64,000 bases of DNA from Myxococcales bacterium (GCA_020633435.1 JACKDP010000010.1:184154-248153); one strand, 5' to 3'. Numbered from the stretch's first letter, positions 30,871 through 41,600 are shown. Made by a program: numbers and translations. Notes: generated by a model not told the origin, from the letters alone.

Positions 30871-32151
30871 ATGAAGTGGGTCTCGGCGGCAGAGGCGGTG
30901 TCGGTCATCGAGTCCGGGCAGCGCGTGTTCGTGCACACGGCGGCGGCGGCCCCCCAGCAGCTCATCGCCGCGATGACGGCCCGGGCGCCGGAGCTGCGCG
31001 GCGTCGAGGTGGTGCACCTGCACACCGAGGGCCCCGCGCCCTACGCCGCGCCGGGCATGGAGGCGAGCTTCCGGCCCCACGTCTTCTTCGTGGCCGCCAA
31101 CATGCGCGCCGCCGTCGCCGAGGGTCGCGCCGACTACATCCCCGTGTTCCTGAGCGAGGTGCCCGGGCTCTTCCGCCGCGGGGTGCTGCCCCTCGACGTG
31201 GCGATGGTCCAGGTCTCGCCGCCGGACCACCACGGCTTCTGCTCCCTCGGCGTGTCGGTGGACGCCTCGCTGGCCGCCGTGCAGACCGCCCGCGTCGTCA
31301 TCGCCCAGGTCAACCCGCACATGCCCCGCACCCACGGGGACGGCCTCATCCACATCCGCCGCCTGCAGTACGCCGTGGCGGTCGACGAGCCCCTGCCGGC
31401 CCACGATCCGCCCGCGCTGTCGGCCATCGAGCACGCCATCGGCGGCCACGTCGCCGGCCTGGTGGAGGACGGGGCGACCCTGCAGATGGGCATCGGCGCC
31501 ATCCCCGACGCCGTCCTCGCGGCCCTCATCCACCACAAGGATCTGGGCGTGCACACCGAGATGTTCTCGGACGGGCTCATCGACCTCGTGGAGCGCGGCG
31601 TCATCACCGGGAAGCACAAGCGCCGGCACCCGGGCCGCATCGTGGCCAGCTTCCTCATGGGCAGCCGCCGCCTCTACGACTTCGTGGATGACAACCCCCT
31701 GGTGGCGGTCATCGACTCGGCCTACGTCAACGACTCGGCCATCATCCGCAAGAACCCGCGGGTCACCGCCATCAACAGCGCCCTCGAGGTCGACCTGACC
31801 GGCCAGGTCTGCGCCGACTCCATCGGCACCCGCCAGTACTCGGGGGTGGGTGGCCAGATGGACTTCATCCGCGGGGCGTCCCTCTCGGAGGGGGGCAAGC
31901 CCATCATCGCGCTGCCCTCGGCCACCAGCCACGGCGTCTCGCGCATCGTGCCCTTCCTGAAGGAGGGGGCGGGCGTCGTGACGACCCGCGCGCACGTGCA
32001 CTACGTCGTCACGGAGTACGGCGTCGCCGACCTGTACGGCAAGACGCTCTGCCAGCGCGCCCGCGCCCTCATCGAGGTGGCGCACCCCGACCACCGCGAG
32101 GCGCTGTCGCGGGCGGCGGCGGCCCGGTTCCCCAAGCACGGCTTCTGCTGA
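30871..32151 (+). CDS. Acetyl-CoA hydrolase/transferase family protein (4-hydroxybutyrate CoA-transferase-like)
   Basis: ATG 30871 (MKWVSAAEAV...) is preceded by 'GGAGGAG'. Motifs: 'LQMGIGAIPDAVL', 'EVDLTGQVCADSIGTRQYSGVGGQMDFIRGA', 'YVVTEYGVADLYGK'. Confidence 0.9.
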   Translation: MKWVSAAEAVSVIESGQRVFVHTAAAAPQQLIAAMTARAPELRGVEVVHLHTEGPAPYAAPGMEASFRPHVFFVAANMRAAVAEGRADYIPVFLSEVPGLFRRGVLPLDVAMVQVSPPDHHGFCSLGVSVDASLAAVQTARVVIAQVNPHMPRTHGDGLIHIRRLQYAVAVDEPLPAHDPPALSAIEHAIGGHVAGLVEDGATLQMGIGAIPDAVLAALIHHKDLGVHTEMFSDGLIDLVERGVITGKHKRRHPGRIVASFLMGSRRLYDFVDDNPLVAVIDSAYVNDSAIIRKNPRVTAINSALEVDLTGQVCADSIGTRQYSGVGGQMDFIRGASLSEGGKPIIALPSATSHGVSRIVPFLKEGAGVVTTRAHVHYVVTEYGVADLYGKTLCQRARALIEVAHPDHREALSRAAAARFPKHGFC

Positions 32152-32185
32152 AAGTCCCTGAAAAGAGGGCGCTTTCCGGGGGGGG

Positions 32186-32662
32186 TCAGGCTTCGAGGGC
32201 GCCCCCGGCCACGGCCGCCGTGTAGTCCTTCCCGGTGCCCCAGCGCAGCGTCCAGCCCTGCCAGGAGTCGCTCTCCTGGCTGAGCGTCCGCAGGGCCTCG
32301 AAGTAGGCCTCCACCGTCTCGGCCGCCTGGGCGGCCTCGATGAGGGGCTCCTCATTCTCCCAGAGATCGAGCTGGGCGAAGCCCGTCGCCCGCGAGCGGG
32401 GCCCGACCACCCAGCCGTAGAGCGCCGCCTCCTCGGGGTCCCAGCAGATGCCGGTGTCATAGATGAGGGCGACGCGGGTGTCGAAGTCGAGCATGAAGCC
32501 GGCCTCGAGCGCCTGCCCGCCGATCGTCTCCAGGAAGTCCGTCACCATCGTGAGCGCGTAGCTCGGGCCGCGGGTGAACATGGCCGTCGAGGCGTAGGCG
32601 ACGGTCCGCCCGAAGAAGAGGCGCGTGCGGCGATCCTTGCGGATCGCGAACTGGGCTCTCAT
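32186..32662 (-). CDS. Hypothetical cytoplasmic protein
   Basis: 158-aa ORF with balanced, non-low-complexity composition (MRAQFAIRKDRRTRLFFGRTVAYAST...). No motif recognised. Confidence 0.55.
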   Translation of the reverse strand: MRAQFAIRKDRRTRLFFGRTVAYASTAMFTRGPSYALTMVTDFLETIGGQALEAGFMLDFDTRVALIYDTGICWDPEEAALYGWVVGPRSRATGFAQLDLWENEEPLIEAAQAAETVEAYFEALRTLSQESDSWQGWTLRWGTGKDYTAAVAGGALEA

Positions 32663-32778
32663 GGCATCTCCAGCGGGCGTGAGACCTCATTCATGCGCCG
32701 TCTGTCGGCGCGCGGCAAGCGGGCGCCCGCCGCGATGGTTTTGCACCGTCGAGGTTGCCGTCCGTGGGTGGTCGTTCG

Positions 32779-33669
32779 ATGATGACGCCTCCGGGCACGG
32801 AGGTCGGCATGTTCTTCGTCTATCCCATCGGCCACGACCAGGAGACGTACTCCCGGCCGTGGTTCACCTGGGGCGTCATCGCGGTCTGCGCGCTGGTGTT
32901 CACCTGGATGCAGGTGGCCGCGCAGGCCTCCACCGAGCGCGTCGTCTACGCCTCCATGGCCCTCGATCAGGCCCGCAAGGAGCACCCGGGGGCGGGCCTC
33001 GCCCAGGCCCAGGTGGACGCCGCCCCCCCGGCCGTGCGGCCCTGGCTGCAGGAGCTCGTCAACGAGGAGGGCGCCGTCTCCGAGGACCTCGACGTGGCGG
33101 CCGCCGACCTCATCGCGGCGGTGCAGTCGCTGCCCATCCTGCGGGTCGGCTACGTGCCCGTGGAGAAGCGCTGGTCGCGGGCCATCACGTCCATGTTCGC
33201 CCACGCCGGCTGGATGCACATCGTCGGCAACCTGTTCCTGTTCTTCCTGGTGGGCGCCATCCTGGAGGGCTTCTGGCAGCCGGCGGCCTATGTGGCCCTC
33301 TACTTCGGCGCGGGCATCGCGGGGGTGGTGGCGCACCACCTCACCGATCCGGCCAGCACGGTGGCCCTCGTCGGGGCCTCGGGGGCCATCGCGGGGTGCA
33401 TGGCGGCGCTGCTCATCGGCTTCGCCCGCACCCGCATCACGCTGGGCTGGTTCTTGTGGATCGCCATCTACGTGCGGGCGGGGCGGCTGCAGGTGCCCGT
33501 CTGGGTGCTGGCGCCGCTCTGGGGCGGCCTGCAGCTGCTGGCGTGGGTGCAGGGCGACAAGGATGGCGTGGCCTACGGGGCCCATGTGGGCGGCTTCGTA
33601 TTCGGGCTGGCCTTCGCCCTCGGGGCCGATCGCCTGGGCTGGATCGCCCGCGACGGCGGCCACCTGTAG
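32779..33669 (+). CDS. Rhomboid-family intramembrane serine protease
   Basis: Motifs: 'FAHAGWMHIVGNLFLFFLVG', catalytic 'LVGASGAIAG', and 'AHVGGFVFGLAFAL'. Multiple TM helices. ATG 32779 is chosen within ORF 32755..33669, so the start is uncertain by a few codons. Confidence 0.85.
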   Translation: MMTPPGTEVGMFFVYPIGHDQETYSRPWFTWGVIAVCALVFTWMQVAAQASTERVVYASMALDQARKEHPGAGLAQAQVDAAPPAVRPWLQELVNEEGAVSEDLDVAAADLIAAVQSLPILRVGYVPVEKRWSRAITSMFAHAGWMHIVGNLFLFFLVGAILEGFWQPAAYVALYFGAGIAGVVAHHLTDPASTVALVGASGAIAGCMAALLIGFARTRITLGWFLWIAIYVRAGRLQVPVWVLAPLWGGLQLLAWVQGDKDGVAYGAHVGGFVFGLAFALGADRLGWIARDGGHL

Positions 33670-33672
33670 CGG

Positions 33673-34266
33673 TCAGGCCGCCAGCTTCGCGGCCACCTCG
33701 GCGACGCGCTTGCCCAGGTACCGGGCGTGGGCCAGGTCGTGCTCCGTGGGGCCCGCGCCGTTGGCGGTGACGCTCGGGCCGTAGGGGTTGCCGCCCGCCG
33801 CGAAGACGGAGCCGTCGGTGTAGCCCGGCGTCACCAGGTAGCCGCCGAAGTGGTAGATGCTGTTGTAGAGCGCCAGCAGGGTGCTCTCCTGGCCGCCGTG
33901 CGGGTTCTGGGCCGACGTGAAGCCGGCGTAGACCTTGTTGGCCAGCTTGCCCTGGAACCACACCCCCCCGAGCGTGTCGAGGAAGCCCTTGAGCTGGGCC
34001 GCCACGTTGCCGAAGCGGGTGGGGGTGCCGAACACCACGGCGTCGGCCCAGACGAGGTCGTCGGGGGTGGCGCGGGGCTCGTCCTTCACCTGGTTCGCGA
34101 ACGCCCGCCAGGCCGGGTTGCTGTCGATGGCGACGTCGGGGGCGGTCTCGGCGACGATCCGGACCCGCACCTCGGCGCCGGCGGCGGCGGCGCCCTCGGC
34201 GACGGCCTGGGCCATCGCGAAGCCGGTGCCGGTGGACGAGTAGTAGACGATGGTGACCTTGGACAT
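33673..34266 (-). CDS. wrbA: NAD(P)H:quinone oxidoreductase, WrbA type (flavodoxin-like)
   Basis: Start re-set to ATG 34266 (MSKVTIVYYSSTGTGFAMA...), giving 197 aa. Motifs: 'VVFGTPTRFGNVAAQLKGFLD', 'GFTSAQNPHGGQEST'. Confidence 0.9.
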   Translation of the reverse strand: MSKVTIVYYSSTGTGFAMAQAVAEGAAAAGAEVRVRIVAETAPDVAIDSNPAWRAFANQVKDEPRATPDDLVWADAVVFGTPTRFGNVAAQLKGFLDTLGGVWFQGKLANKVYAGFTSAQNPHGGQESTLLALYNSIYHFGGYLVTPGYTDGSVFAAGGNPYGPSVTANGAGPTEHDLAHARYLGKRVAEVAAKLAA

Positions 34267-34359
34267 GGGATCCTCCCGCGCTCTTTGGTGACGCAGGTAG
34301 AACATAGTCCGATGATGACCGGATTTTTGTCGCAGAAACTGGAACAATTCGTCGCGCGG

Positions 34360-35706
34360 TCAGAGGCCCCCAAGCGCCGCGGGCGCCACCTGGGCCTGGA
34401 TGCAGACGGAGAAGGCGTCCAGCTCGCCGTCGCCATCGACGTCCTCGTCCTTGCGCAGGACGTTGGCCAGCACCGGGCGGAACTGGCGCAGCGGGCCGCA
34501 GAACGACGGCTCGGGCTCGGCGTCCTGGCAGGCCTGCTCCAGCCCGTCGAGGGTGGCGTTCAGGTCGACCTCGCGCACGGCGCCCCAGACGACGGCGTCG
34601 GCCAGGCCCAGCCCGAAGTCGTCATCGACGCGCAGGTCGCCCTGCACCAGGGCCGAGAAGAGGACGAGGCGCAGATCGAGGCCGGCGACGGGCAGGCTCA
34701 GCTCGAACCGCCCGGGGCCGGCGCGCAGGTCGCCCGCGCGGACGCGGGCGCCGTCGAACCGGATGCGGGGCTGGCCGCGCTCGTCCAGGCTGCCGGCGTC
34801 GACGACGAAGCCCTCGCCCTCGACGCTCGCCGTCACCACGCCCAGGTCGAACGCCCCGTCCAGGCCCGGCGGCAGCAGGCCGGCGGCCAGGAAGAAGAGG
34901 TTGACGCTGCGGTCGGCCACCGCGTCGGCGAGGGCGCCGTTGGCGATGCCGCCGAGCAGGGCCATGGCGTTGTCGGGGGCGCCATCGCCGTTGACGTCCG
35001 GGCAGGCGGCCTCGGCGGCCATGGCCACCGCCAGGGCGTCGACGCGGCCCACGGCCAGGGTGCAGGGGGCGTCCACGCCGTCGCAGTTCTGGTCGATGCC
35101 GTCGCCGCAGGCGTCGGGCGCCCCCGGGAAGACGCCCAGGTCCTCGTCGCGGCAGTCCTGCGCGTCGCAGAGCGCCCGGCAGCGGGCCTCGTCGCCGGGC
35201 GGACAGTCCGCGGCGCACGGATCCTCGGGGCAGCGGGGGGCGCCGTCGCCGTCGCCGTCGAAGTCCTCGTCGGTGCGCCCATCGCAGTCATCGTCGAGGC
35301 CGTTGCACAGCTCGGCCACCGGGGGCTGGGCGCTCGCGGGGCAGGTGAGGCCGCCGTCGTCGGTGCACACCAGGCGGGCGACCTGCCGGCAGGCGCCGAT
35401 GCCCGCGCCGCAGGGGGCGTCGACGTCGAAGTCCTCGTCCGCGCGCCCATCGCAGTCGTCATCGACGCCGTTGCAGCGCTCCGGCGAGGGGTCGCAGGGG
35501 GGGCCCTGGTCGGGGCCGGCGTCCCTGGGCGGGGCCGCGTCGACGGGCTGGGCGTCGGGCCGCCCGGCGTCGGGGGCGGCGTCGGGCACCGGGATCATGT
35601 CGGCCGCCACCTCGGCGTCGCGGGCGGCGTCGGGCTGGCGGGCCGGGGCCGGATCGTCGCTGCAGCCGAGGGCCAGCGCGGCCAGCAGGGGGAGGGCGCG
35701 GGTCAT
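34360..35706 (-). CDS. Lipoprotein with MopE-like Cys-rich (putative metal-binding) repeats
   Basis: ATG 35706 gives MTRALPLLAALALGC|SDD. It overlaps the upstream stop (ATGA at 35703-35706). Repeats: 'CNGVDDDCDGRADEDF', 'CNGLDDDCDGRTDEDF', 'CGDGIDQNCDG'. The C-terminal 250 aa are unassigned. Confidence 0.75.
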   Translation of the reverse strand: MTRALPLLAALALGCSDDPAPARQPDAARDAEVAADMIPVPDAAPDAGRPDAQPVDAAPPRDAGPDQGPPCDPSPERCNGVDDDCDGRADEDFDVDAPCGAGIGACRQVARLVCTDDGGLTCPASAQPPVAELCNGLDDDCDGRTDEDFDGDGDGAPRCPEDPCAADCPPGDEARCRALCDAQDCRDEDLGVFPGAPDACGDGIDQNCDGVDAPCTLAVGRVDALAVAMAAEAACPDVNGDGAPDNAMALLGGIANGALADAVADRSVNLFFLAAGLLPPGLDGAFDLGVVTASVEGEGFVVDAGSLDERGQPRIRFDGARVRAGDLRAGPGRFELSLPVAGLDLRLVLFSALVQGDLRVDDDFGLGLADAVVWGAVREVDLNATLDGLEQACQDAEPEPSFCGPLRQFRPVLANVLRKDEDVDGDGELDAFSVCIQAQVAPAALGGL

Positions 35707-37463
35707 GGGGCCTCCGGGGCCGTGCGCACCGGCCGCAGGCCGACGTCGGGGTTGCGGGCGGCCGGCGCCAGCTCGATGCGGTTGGCCACGCGGACGCGCG
35801 CCGCCAGGGTGGCGTAGCTGCCGCCGCGGGCCACGCGGGAGGCGCCGTCGACGACGACGGGATCGACGGCCTCGGCCGGGTAGGGGCCATAGGCGTCGAA
35901 GACCCACTCGGAGACGTTGCCGAGCAGATCGTGAATCCCGTTGCGATCCGCCGCCTTGCGGGCGACGGGGTGGGTGCTCTCGGCGCTGTTGCCCCGGTGC
36001 CAGGCGACGGCGTCCAGGTTGGCCACCGGCCCACCGGCCCGGGTGATGTACTCCCACTCGGCCTCGGTGGGCAGGCGCCAGCCGGGGCAGTCGGGCTCGA
36101 ACACGGGCGCGCCGTCGGGGTAGCAGGCCGGCAGGCCCTCCCGCGCGGACAGGGCGTTCAGGAAGCGCAGGGCGTCGGGCCAGGCCACCTGCTCCACCGG
36201 CCGATCGGCGCCGGGGAAGCGCGCCGGGTTCTCGCCGCCCAGCACCTCGAGCCACTCGGCCTGGGTGACCTCGGTGCGGCGGACGAGCAGGGCGCGGGTC
36301 AGCTCGACGTCGTGGGCCTCCTCGTCGGCGTCGCGGCCGGGCTCCTCGGGGGGGCTGCCCATGGTGAAGCGCCCGGCCTCCACCCGCACCGCCTGGCGGT
36401 CGACCGGGCAGGGCGCGCCCTCGTCGATGGTGCCGTCGCAGTCGTTGTCGAGGGCGTCGCAGGTGTCCTGCTCGTCGGGCTCATGGTCGGGGCCGTAGTC
36501 GCAGGCGGCGAAGCCGGCGGCGCCCAGGCAGGCCGGGGGCGGGGCGCCAGCGACGCAGACGCCCTCGACGAGGGGGCAGGCCGGGGGCACGACCGCCTCG
36601 TCGACGGCGCCGTCGCAGTCGTTGTCGAGGCCGTCGCAGGTGACCTCGTCGTCCTCATGGCCCGGCACGGCGCCCAGATCGGGGGGCGTCCAGCCGGCGG
36701 GCCCGCCGCAGATCTGCTGGAGCCCCACGCAGACGCCGGCCTGAGGCTCGAACGGCGGCGGGAAGAGGCCCTGGTCGACGCGCCCGTCGCAGTCGTTGTC
36801 GAGGCCGTCGCAGCTCTCCTCGAAGGCCTCGTACCCCGGAATGGCGCTGTAGTCGGGCTCGATGAAGCCCTCGCCGTCGGGGCCGCAGCGCATGCGCAGG
36901 CCGACGCAGAGCCCCGCCTGCAGGCGCGCGGGCGGGGCGTCCTGGCTGTCCTCGTCGATGGCGTCGTCGCAGTCGTCGTCGCGGCCGTTGCACGTCTCGA
37001 AGACGGGCTCGTCGTCGGCGCAGAAGGCGCCGGTGCCGTCGGGGGTGCAGCGCAGCTGGCCCAGGGCGCAGCGATCGGCGTCCTCGGAGTCGCAAGGGCG
37101 GCCGATGCCAGGCCAGGCCTCGTCGGCGCGGCCGTCGCAGTCGTTGTCGAGGCCGTCGCAGGTGGTCTCGTCGGCCTCGTAGACGGGCGGCAGGTCGCAG
37201 GGGCCGAACTGGCCCATGGGCGTGCAGACGGCCTGGGTGCCGGCGCAGACGCCCGCGGCGGGGCAGGGGGCGCTGGAGCGCTCGCCGGGGGTGCAGACCC
37301 AGGGGCCCGCGTCGACGCCCGCGTCTTCCGGCGGGCCCGCCTCGCGGCCGACCTCCGGGGGCTCCTCCTGGCCGCGCCGGGCGTCGGCGGCCCCCCCGCC
37401 ACCCTCCGCGCAGCCCACCACGCCCAGCACACCCGCGATCCACAACATGCTTGCCGCTCGCAT
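35703..37463 (-). CDS. Lipoprotein: six MopE-like Cys-rich repeats fused to an FGE-sulfatase (SUMF1/PvdO-like) domain
   Basis: ATG 37463 gives MRAASMLWIAGVLGVVGC|AEGG. Repeats have the form 'CDGLDNDCDG...'. The FGE-like region is 'FTMGSPPEEPGRDADEEAHDVELT', 'GWRLPTEAEWEYITRAG', 'IHDLLGNVSEWVFD', 'RVARGGSY'. Confidence 0.85.
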   Translation of the reverse strand: MRAASMLWIAGVLGVVGCAEGGGGAADARRGQEEPPEVGREAGPPEDAGVDAGPWVCTPGERSSAPCPAAGVCAGTQAVCTPMGQFGPCDLPPVYEADETTCDGLDNDCDGRADEAWPGIGRPCDSEDADRCALGQLRCTPDGTGAFCADDEPVFETCNGRDDDCDDAIDEDSQDAPPARLQAGLCVGLRMRCGPDGEGFIEPDYSAIPGYEAFEESCDGLDNDCDGRVDQGLFPPPFEPQAGVCVGLQQICGGPAGWTPPDLGAVPGHEDDEVTCDGLDNDCDGAVDEAVVPPACPLVEGVCVAGAPPPACLGAAGFAACDYGPDHEPDEQDTCDALDNDCDGTIDEGAPCPVDRQAVRVEAGRFTMGSPPEEPGRDADEEAHDVELTRALLVRRTEVTQAEWLEVLGGENPARFPGADRPVEQVAWPDALRFLNALSAREGLPACYPDGAPVFEPDCPGWRLPTEAEWEYITRAGGPVANLDAVAWHRGNSAESTHPVARKAADRNGIHDLLGNVSEWVFDAYGPYPAEAVDPVVVDGASRVARGGSYATLAARVRVANRIELAPAARNPDVGLRPVRTAPEAP

Positions 37464-37483
37464 GGGGGTCTGTATCCTCCGTC

Positions 37484-37600
37484 GGCCCCGGGGACGCAAG
37501 CTTCGCGCTTCCGGCGCTCCGACGCGAGCTTCGGCCGGCCGGCCGCCGCCCGCGCGGCAGAAAACCGACACCGGGCGGGCGCGCTTGCGTCCCTGGGGCC
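37484..37600. promoter_or_regulatory. 18-nt inverted repeat pair flanking 81 nt in a divergent promoter region
   Basis: 'ggccccggggacgcaagc' (37484-37501) matches the reverse complement of 'gcttgcgtccctggggcc' (37583-37600) at 17 of 18 positions. The pair lies 25 nt upstream of the TTG start at 37625. Confidence 0.4.
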
Positions 37601-37624
37601 GTCGACCGACTGGTAGGAGCTGTC

Positions 37625-38596
37625 TTGTCGAAGTCCACCCTCTCTCGCGCCCCCGCGCTGGCCGTCGCCCTGACCGGGCTGCTGGCGGCGGGAGGCGGCC
37701 AGGCGGCCCCGGCGTGGCGGGGATCGTCCATCACCGTCTCCAACGTGGTGAGCCTGAACACGCTCGATGAGAGCGCCGAGCCCACGTACAACCCCTACTA
37801 CGTGGTGCAGACCACCTTCGCGCCCCAGTGGTGGCTGACCGACCAGCTCTACCTGCGCGGCAGCATCGGCTTCAGCCGCGAGATCACCGACAGCGACATC
37901 ACCACCCGCGACGGCGAGACCGTCCTGTCCGACACGACGCTCGGTCTGGGCGCGCAGCTCTGGAAGATCCCCGTGGTCGGCATCGACACGGCGGCGTCGC
38001 TGGACGTGCGGCTGCCCACGGGGCCGTACTCCCAGGCCCAGACGCTGGTGGCGGCGGTGTCCCCGGCGGTGTCCCTGCGCCGCACCTTCCCGTCGGCCCT
38101 CGGCTTCTCGGTGGGCTACCGCGTCGGCATGACCCGGTTCTTCCACGAGTACACGACGGGGGAGCTGGACAGCCCGTACCTGCAGGGCTGCCGGACGGCG
38201 GCCGTCGGCTGCGAGCCGTTCCTGAACACGGGGGTGCGCAACACGCGCGTCCGCCTGTCGCAGAGCGGGAGCCTCAGCCTCTCGCCCTGGTCGTGGGTCA
38301 GCGCGTCGGCCGGGGCCACCTGGCTGCACGACTACCTGCACCCGGCCACGGTGCCCGCCGAGGTCAACTTCGAGCCCCAGGCCCCCCAGGACACCCGCAC
38401 CACGCTGTCGTGGTCGCTGGAGCTGGCGTTCGTGCCCTTCGACGCGCTGACCATCGCCCTCGGCACGTCGACGACGAACCCCCAGCGGGCCCCCAACGGC
38501 GACAACTACGACCCTTTCATCAATCGAAACACAGAGTTGGCGCTGGATCTGCGACTCGACGTCGCCGCCCTCGCCGCGCCCTGGACGGAGGACTGA
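37625..38596 (+). CDS. Putative outer-membrane beta-barrel protein
   Basis: TTG 37625 lies 5 nt after 'AGGAG'. The signal peptide is 'SKSTLSRAPALAVALTGLLAAGGGQA'. The remainder has alternating-hydrophobic beta-strand periodicity (for example 'LSLSPWSWVSASAGATWLHDY', 'LSWSLELAFVPF'). It ends 4 nt before the next gene. Confidence 0.6.
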   Translation: MSKSTLSRAPALAVALTGLLAAGGGQAAPAWRGSSITVSNVVSLNTLDESAEPTYNPYYVVQTTFAPQWWLTDQLYLRGSIGFSREITDSDITTRDGETVLSDTTLGLGAQLWKIPVVGIDTAASLDVRLPTGPYSQAQTLVAAVSPAVSLRRTFPSALGFSVGYRVGMTRFFHEYTTGELDSPYLQGCRTAAVGCEPFLNTGVRNTRVRLSQSGSLSLSPWSWVSASAGATWLHDYLHPATVPAEVNFEPQAPQDTRTTLSWSLELAFVPFDALTIALGTSTTNPQRAPNGDNYDPFINRNTELALDLRLDVAALAAPWTED

Positions 38597-38600
38597 GCCC

Positions 38601-41600
38601 GTGAAGTTCCGCCCCTCGCTCGCGACGATGTTGCGCGGCGCCCTCGCCCTCGCTGCCGTGGCGGCCGCCTCGCCTCTGGCGGGCTGCTCCGACGAGCGGC
38701 CCCCGATCAACCGCGTCCAGCCCTACGCCCTCAAGAAGGCCTACTTCGTCGGTGAGGACCTGCAGGGCGCCGCCGACGATCCCGAGTTCTGGACGCAGGC
38801 GACGCTGATCGACGTCGGCTACGGCGCCGCCCAGGACGGCCTCTTCACCAGCACCTATGCGCAGCCCATGTCGCGCATCAAGTGGCAGGTGACGGAGGAC
38901 ATGCTCATCGGCCGCATCGCCTACGAGCGCATCGACGGCTCCGACGGCAAGGGCCTCGGCGGCCCGGTGCAGGACGGCGTCATCGCGGTGGCGTTCCGCA
39001 TCGACCGCCACTTCGACGTGATCAACGCCTACAACTCCACCACCGGCGAGAAGCTCAACGTGGTGGAGGAGAACTCGAGCGACCGCCCCTGGTACGAGCG
39101 CGAGTACTTCCGCGTGGACTTCTCGCGCAACCTCGCGACCGACAGCTACGACTTCGACACGCTGTCGCTGCTGGGCGTGTTCGGCGGCATCACCTACGAG
39201 CCGATGGCCTACGAGATCACCGATCCCGGTGATCCCGACGCCCCGGTGTTCGAGCTGGAGAACGGCTACTTCGACGTGACGAACAAGGCGTTCGCGCGGC
39301 CGCAGGTGGTCGATCTCTCGCACCTGGGCTGGGGCATCGCGGCCTTCCCGGCCTGCTTCCTGCCCGAGGACTTCAGCGGCGGCACGGCCCCCGCGGCCTC
39401 CTGCAACCCCGTCGAGCTGACCATCCGCCACTCGTTCCGCAAGGTCGAGGACACCGACTACGAGCCGGTGCACTGGGACGGCAACCGCTTCCGCTCCTAC
39501 GGCGCGTTCACCGTCGAGCGCCACGGCTACACCCGCAACTTCGGGATGAGCGACGACAAGTGGCACCGCTTCGTGTCGCGCTACAACATCTGGGAGCGCA
39601 GCCACTACTACGACGACCCGGCCGCGATGACCGGGGCGGTGGCCTGCTTCACCCCCGAGACGACGCCCTTCGGGGCCGATCCGCACCGCGACGAGAACGG
39701 CGATGGCACCGAGGACGAGTGCGACGCCGTGACGGCGAAGGTGGGCGCCGGCGGCTCCCGCTGCGACACCTTCCGCCAGCGGTGCACCCTGCCGTTCCAG
39801 GTCCGCGAGACGCGGCCCATCGCCTGGCACTACACGTCGGGCAGTGATCTCGAGTACTTCGAGGCCACCCGCCTGGCGACGCTGGAGTGGGACGTGGCCA
39901 TGCGCGTGGCCGTCCGCAGCATCCAGTACGCCGAGTGCAAGGCCACGAAGGGCACCGACTGCGCCGGGCGCTTCCCGGTGTACTTCGGCCAGCAGGACGA
40001 GAACGACGACGCCATCTCCCTGACCCGCGAGGTCGAGGACTGCCGTCTGAAGCTCTCCCACGCCGGCAAGGACTGCGAGGCCCTGGCCGACGAGATCGGC
40101 CGCAAGCGCGGCGTCGACGCGGCCATCGTCGCGATCGCCAAGGACGCCCCGATGGTGGCGCTCTGCCACAGCCCGGTGGAGGCCAACGACCCCGAGCTCT
40201 GCGGCACCGACCGCCTGCCCGCCGGCATGAAGGCCGGCGACTGCGACGACGCCTGGGCCTCCGACGACGACACCGTGCGCGGGGCCTGCGACGCCGCCCG
40301 CAAGGTGCGCATGGGCGACCTGCGCTTCCACCAGGTCAACGTCATCCCCACGCCCCAGACGCCCTCGCCCTGGGGCATCTACACCGACGCCGAGGACCCG
40401 CTCACCGGTGAGACCGTCTCGGCCAGCATCAACGTCTGGTCCTTCGTCAACGACCTCTGGAGCCAGAAGCTCATCGACACGGCCCGCTACCTGAAGGGCG
40501 AGCTGTCCACCGAGGAGATCACCGACGGTGACTACGTGAGCGCGTGGGCCCAGGCGGCCCAGGCCGCCGGCACGGGCGGCGGCGTCGTGGGCAAGATGAC
40601 CCGCGAGCAGAAGGCCGAGCGCATGGCGGCGTTCACCGGCGCCCTGCCCGATCAGGCCGCCATCCAGCGCCTGCCGCCGGAGCTGGTCGCCAAGACGAAG
40701 CAGCTCAAGAAGGAGCTCTCCCAGGTGCGCGCCAGCCTCGACGCCACCTCGGCCATGAGCCCCAAGTACACCACCCGCGCCGCCCTGGCCGCCGGCACCC
40801 CGGTGGAGGCCGAGCTGATGACCCCCATGGTCCAGCAGCTCATGGGCGTCAGCGGCCTGCCCCTCGCGGGCCCCGTGCTCGACCAGGCCTCGCTGCTGCG
40901 CGCCGGCAACCCCGCGTTCCAGCGGCAGATTCGCAACATGAAGGAGCTGGCCCTCTCCGAGCGCGGCGCCTGCGTGATGCACGAGGCCCCCGCGCCCCTG
41001 TCGGTGACCGGCCTCGCCGACGTGCTGGAGGCCAAGTTCGGCGCCTTCAACCCCGAGGACAGCCAGGCCGTCCAGCAGGAGCGCGCCGAGAAGATGCGGC
41101 GGTACGTCGCCAACCGCGCCCAGTACGCCGTCATCGTGCACGAGATGGGGCACAGCATCGGCATGCGCCACAACTTCGTGTCCAGCTCCGACGCCTGGGG
41201 CTACCGCCCCCAGTACTGGCAGCTGCGCACCAAGAACGGCACCGTGCAGGAGGAGTGCACCGAGCTGACCGACGACGGCGAGTCCTGCGTCGGCCCGCGC
41301 TACTTCGACCCCGTCACCCAGGCCGAGCGCGACAACCTCATCTGGATGTTCATGCACAGCTCGGTCATGGACTACGCGGGTGAGCCGACCCAGGACATGC
41401 TGGGCCTGGGCGCCTACGACTTCGCGGCCCCCAAGATGTTCTACGGCGACACCGTGGCCGTCTTCGCCGACGACTCCTACAAGGCCGGCACCCCCCGCGG
41501 CATCGGCATGGCCGCCAAGGCCGACAACTTCGGCGGCATCCTGGGCTACTCCTGGCAGATCGGCGACGAGGAGATGCACTACTCGCAGCTCAACAAGGCG

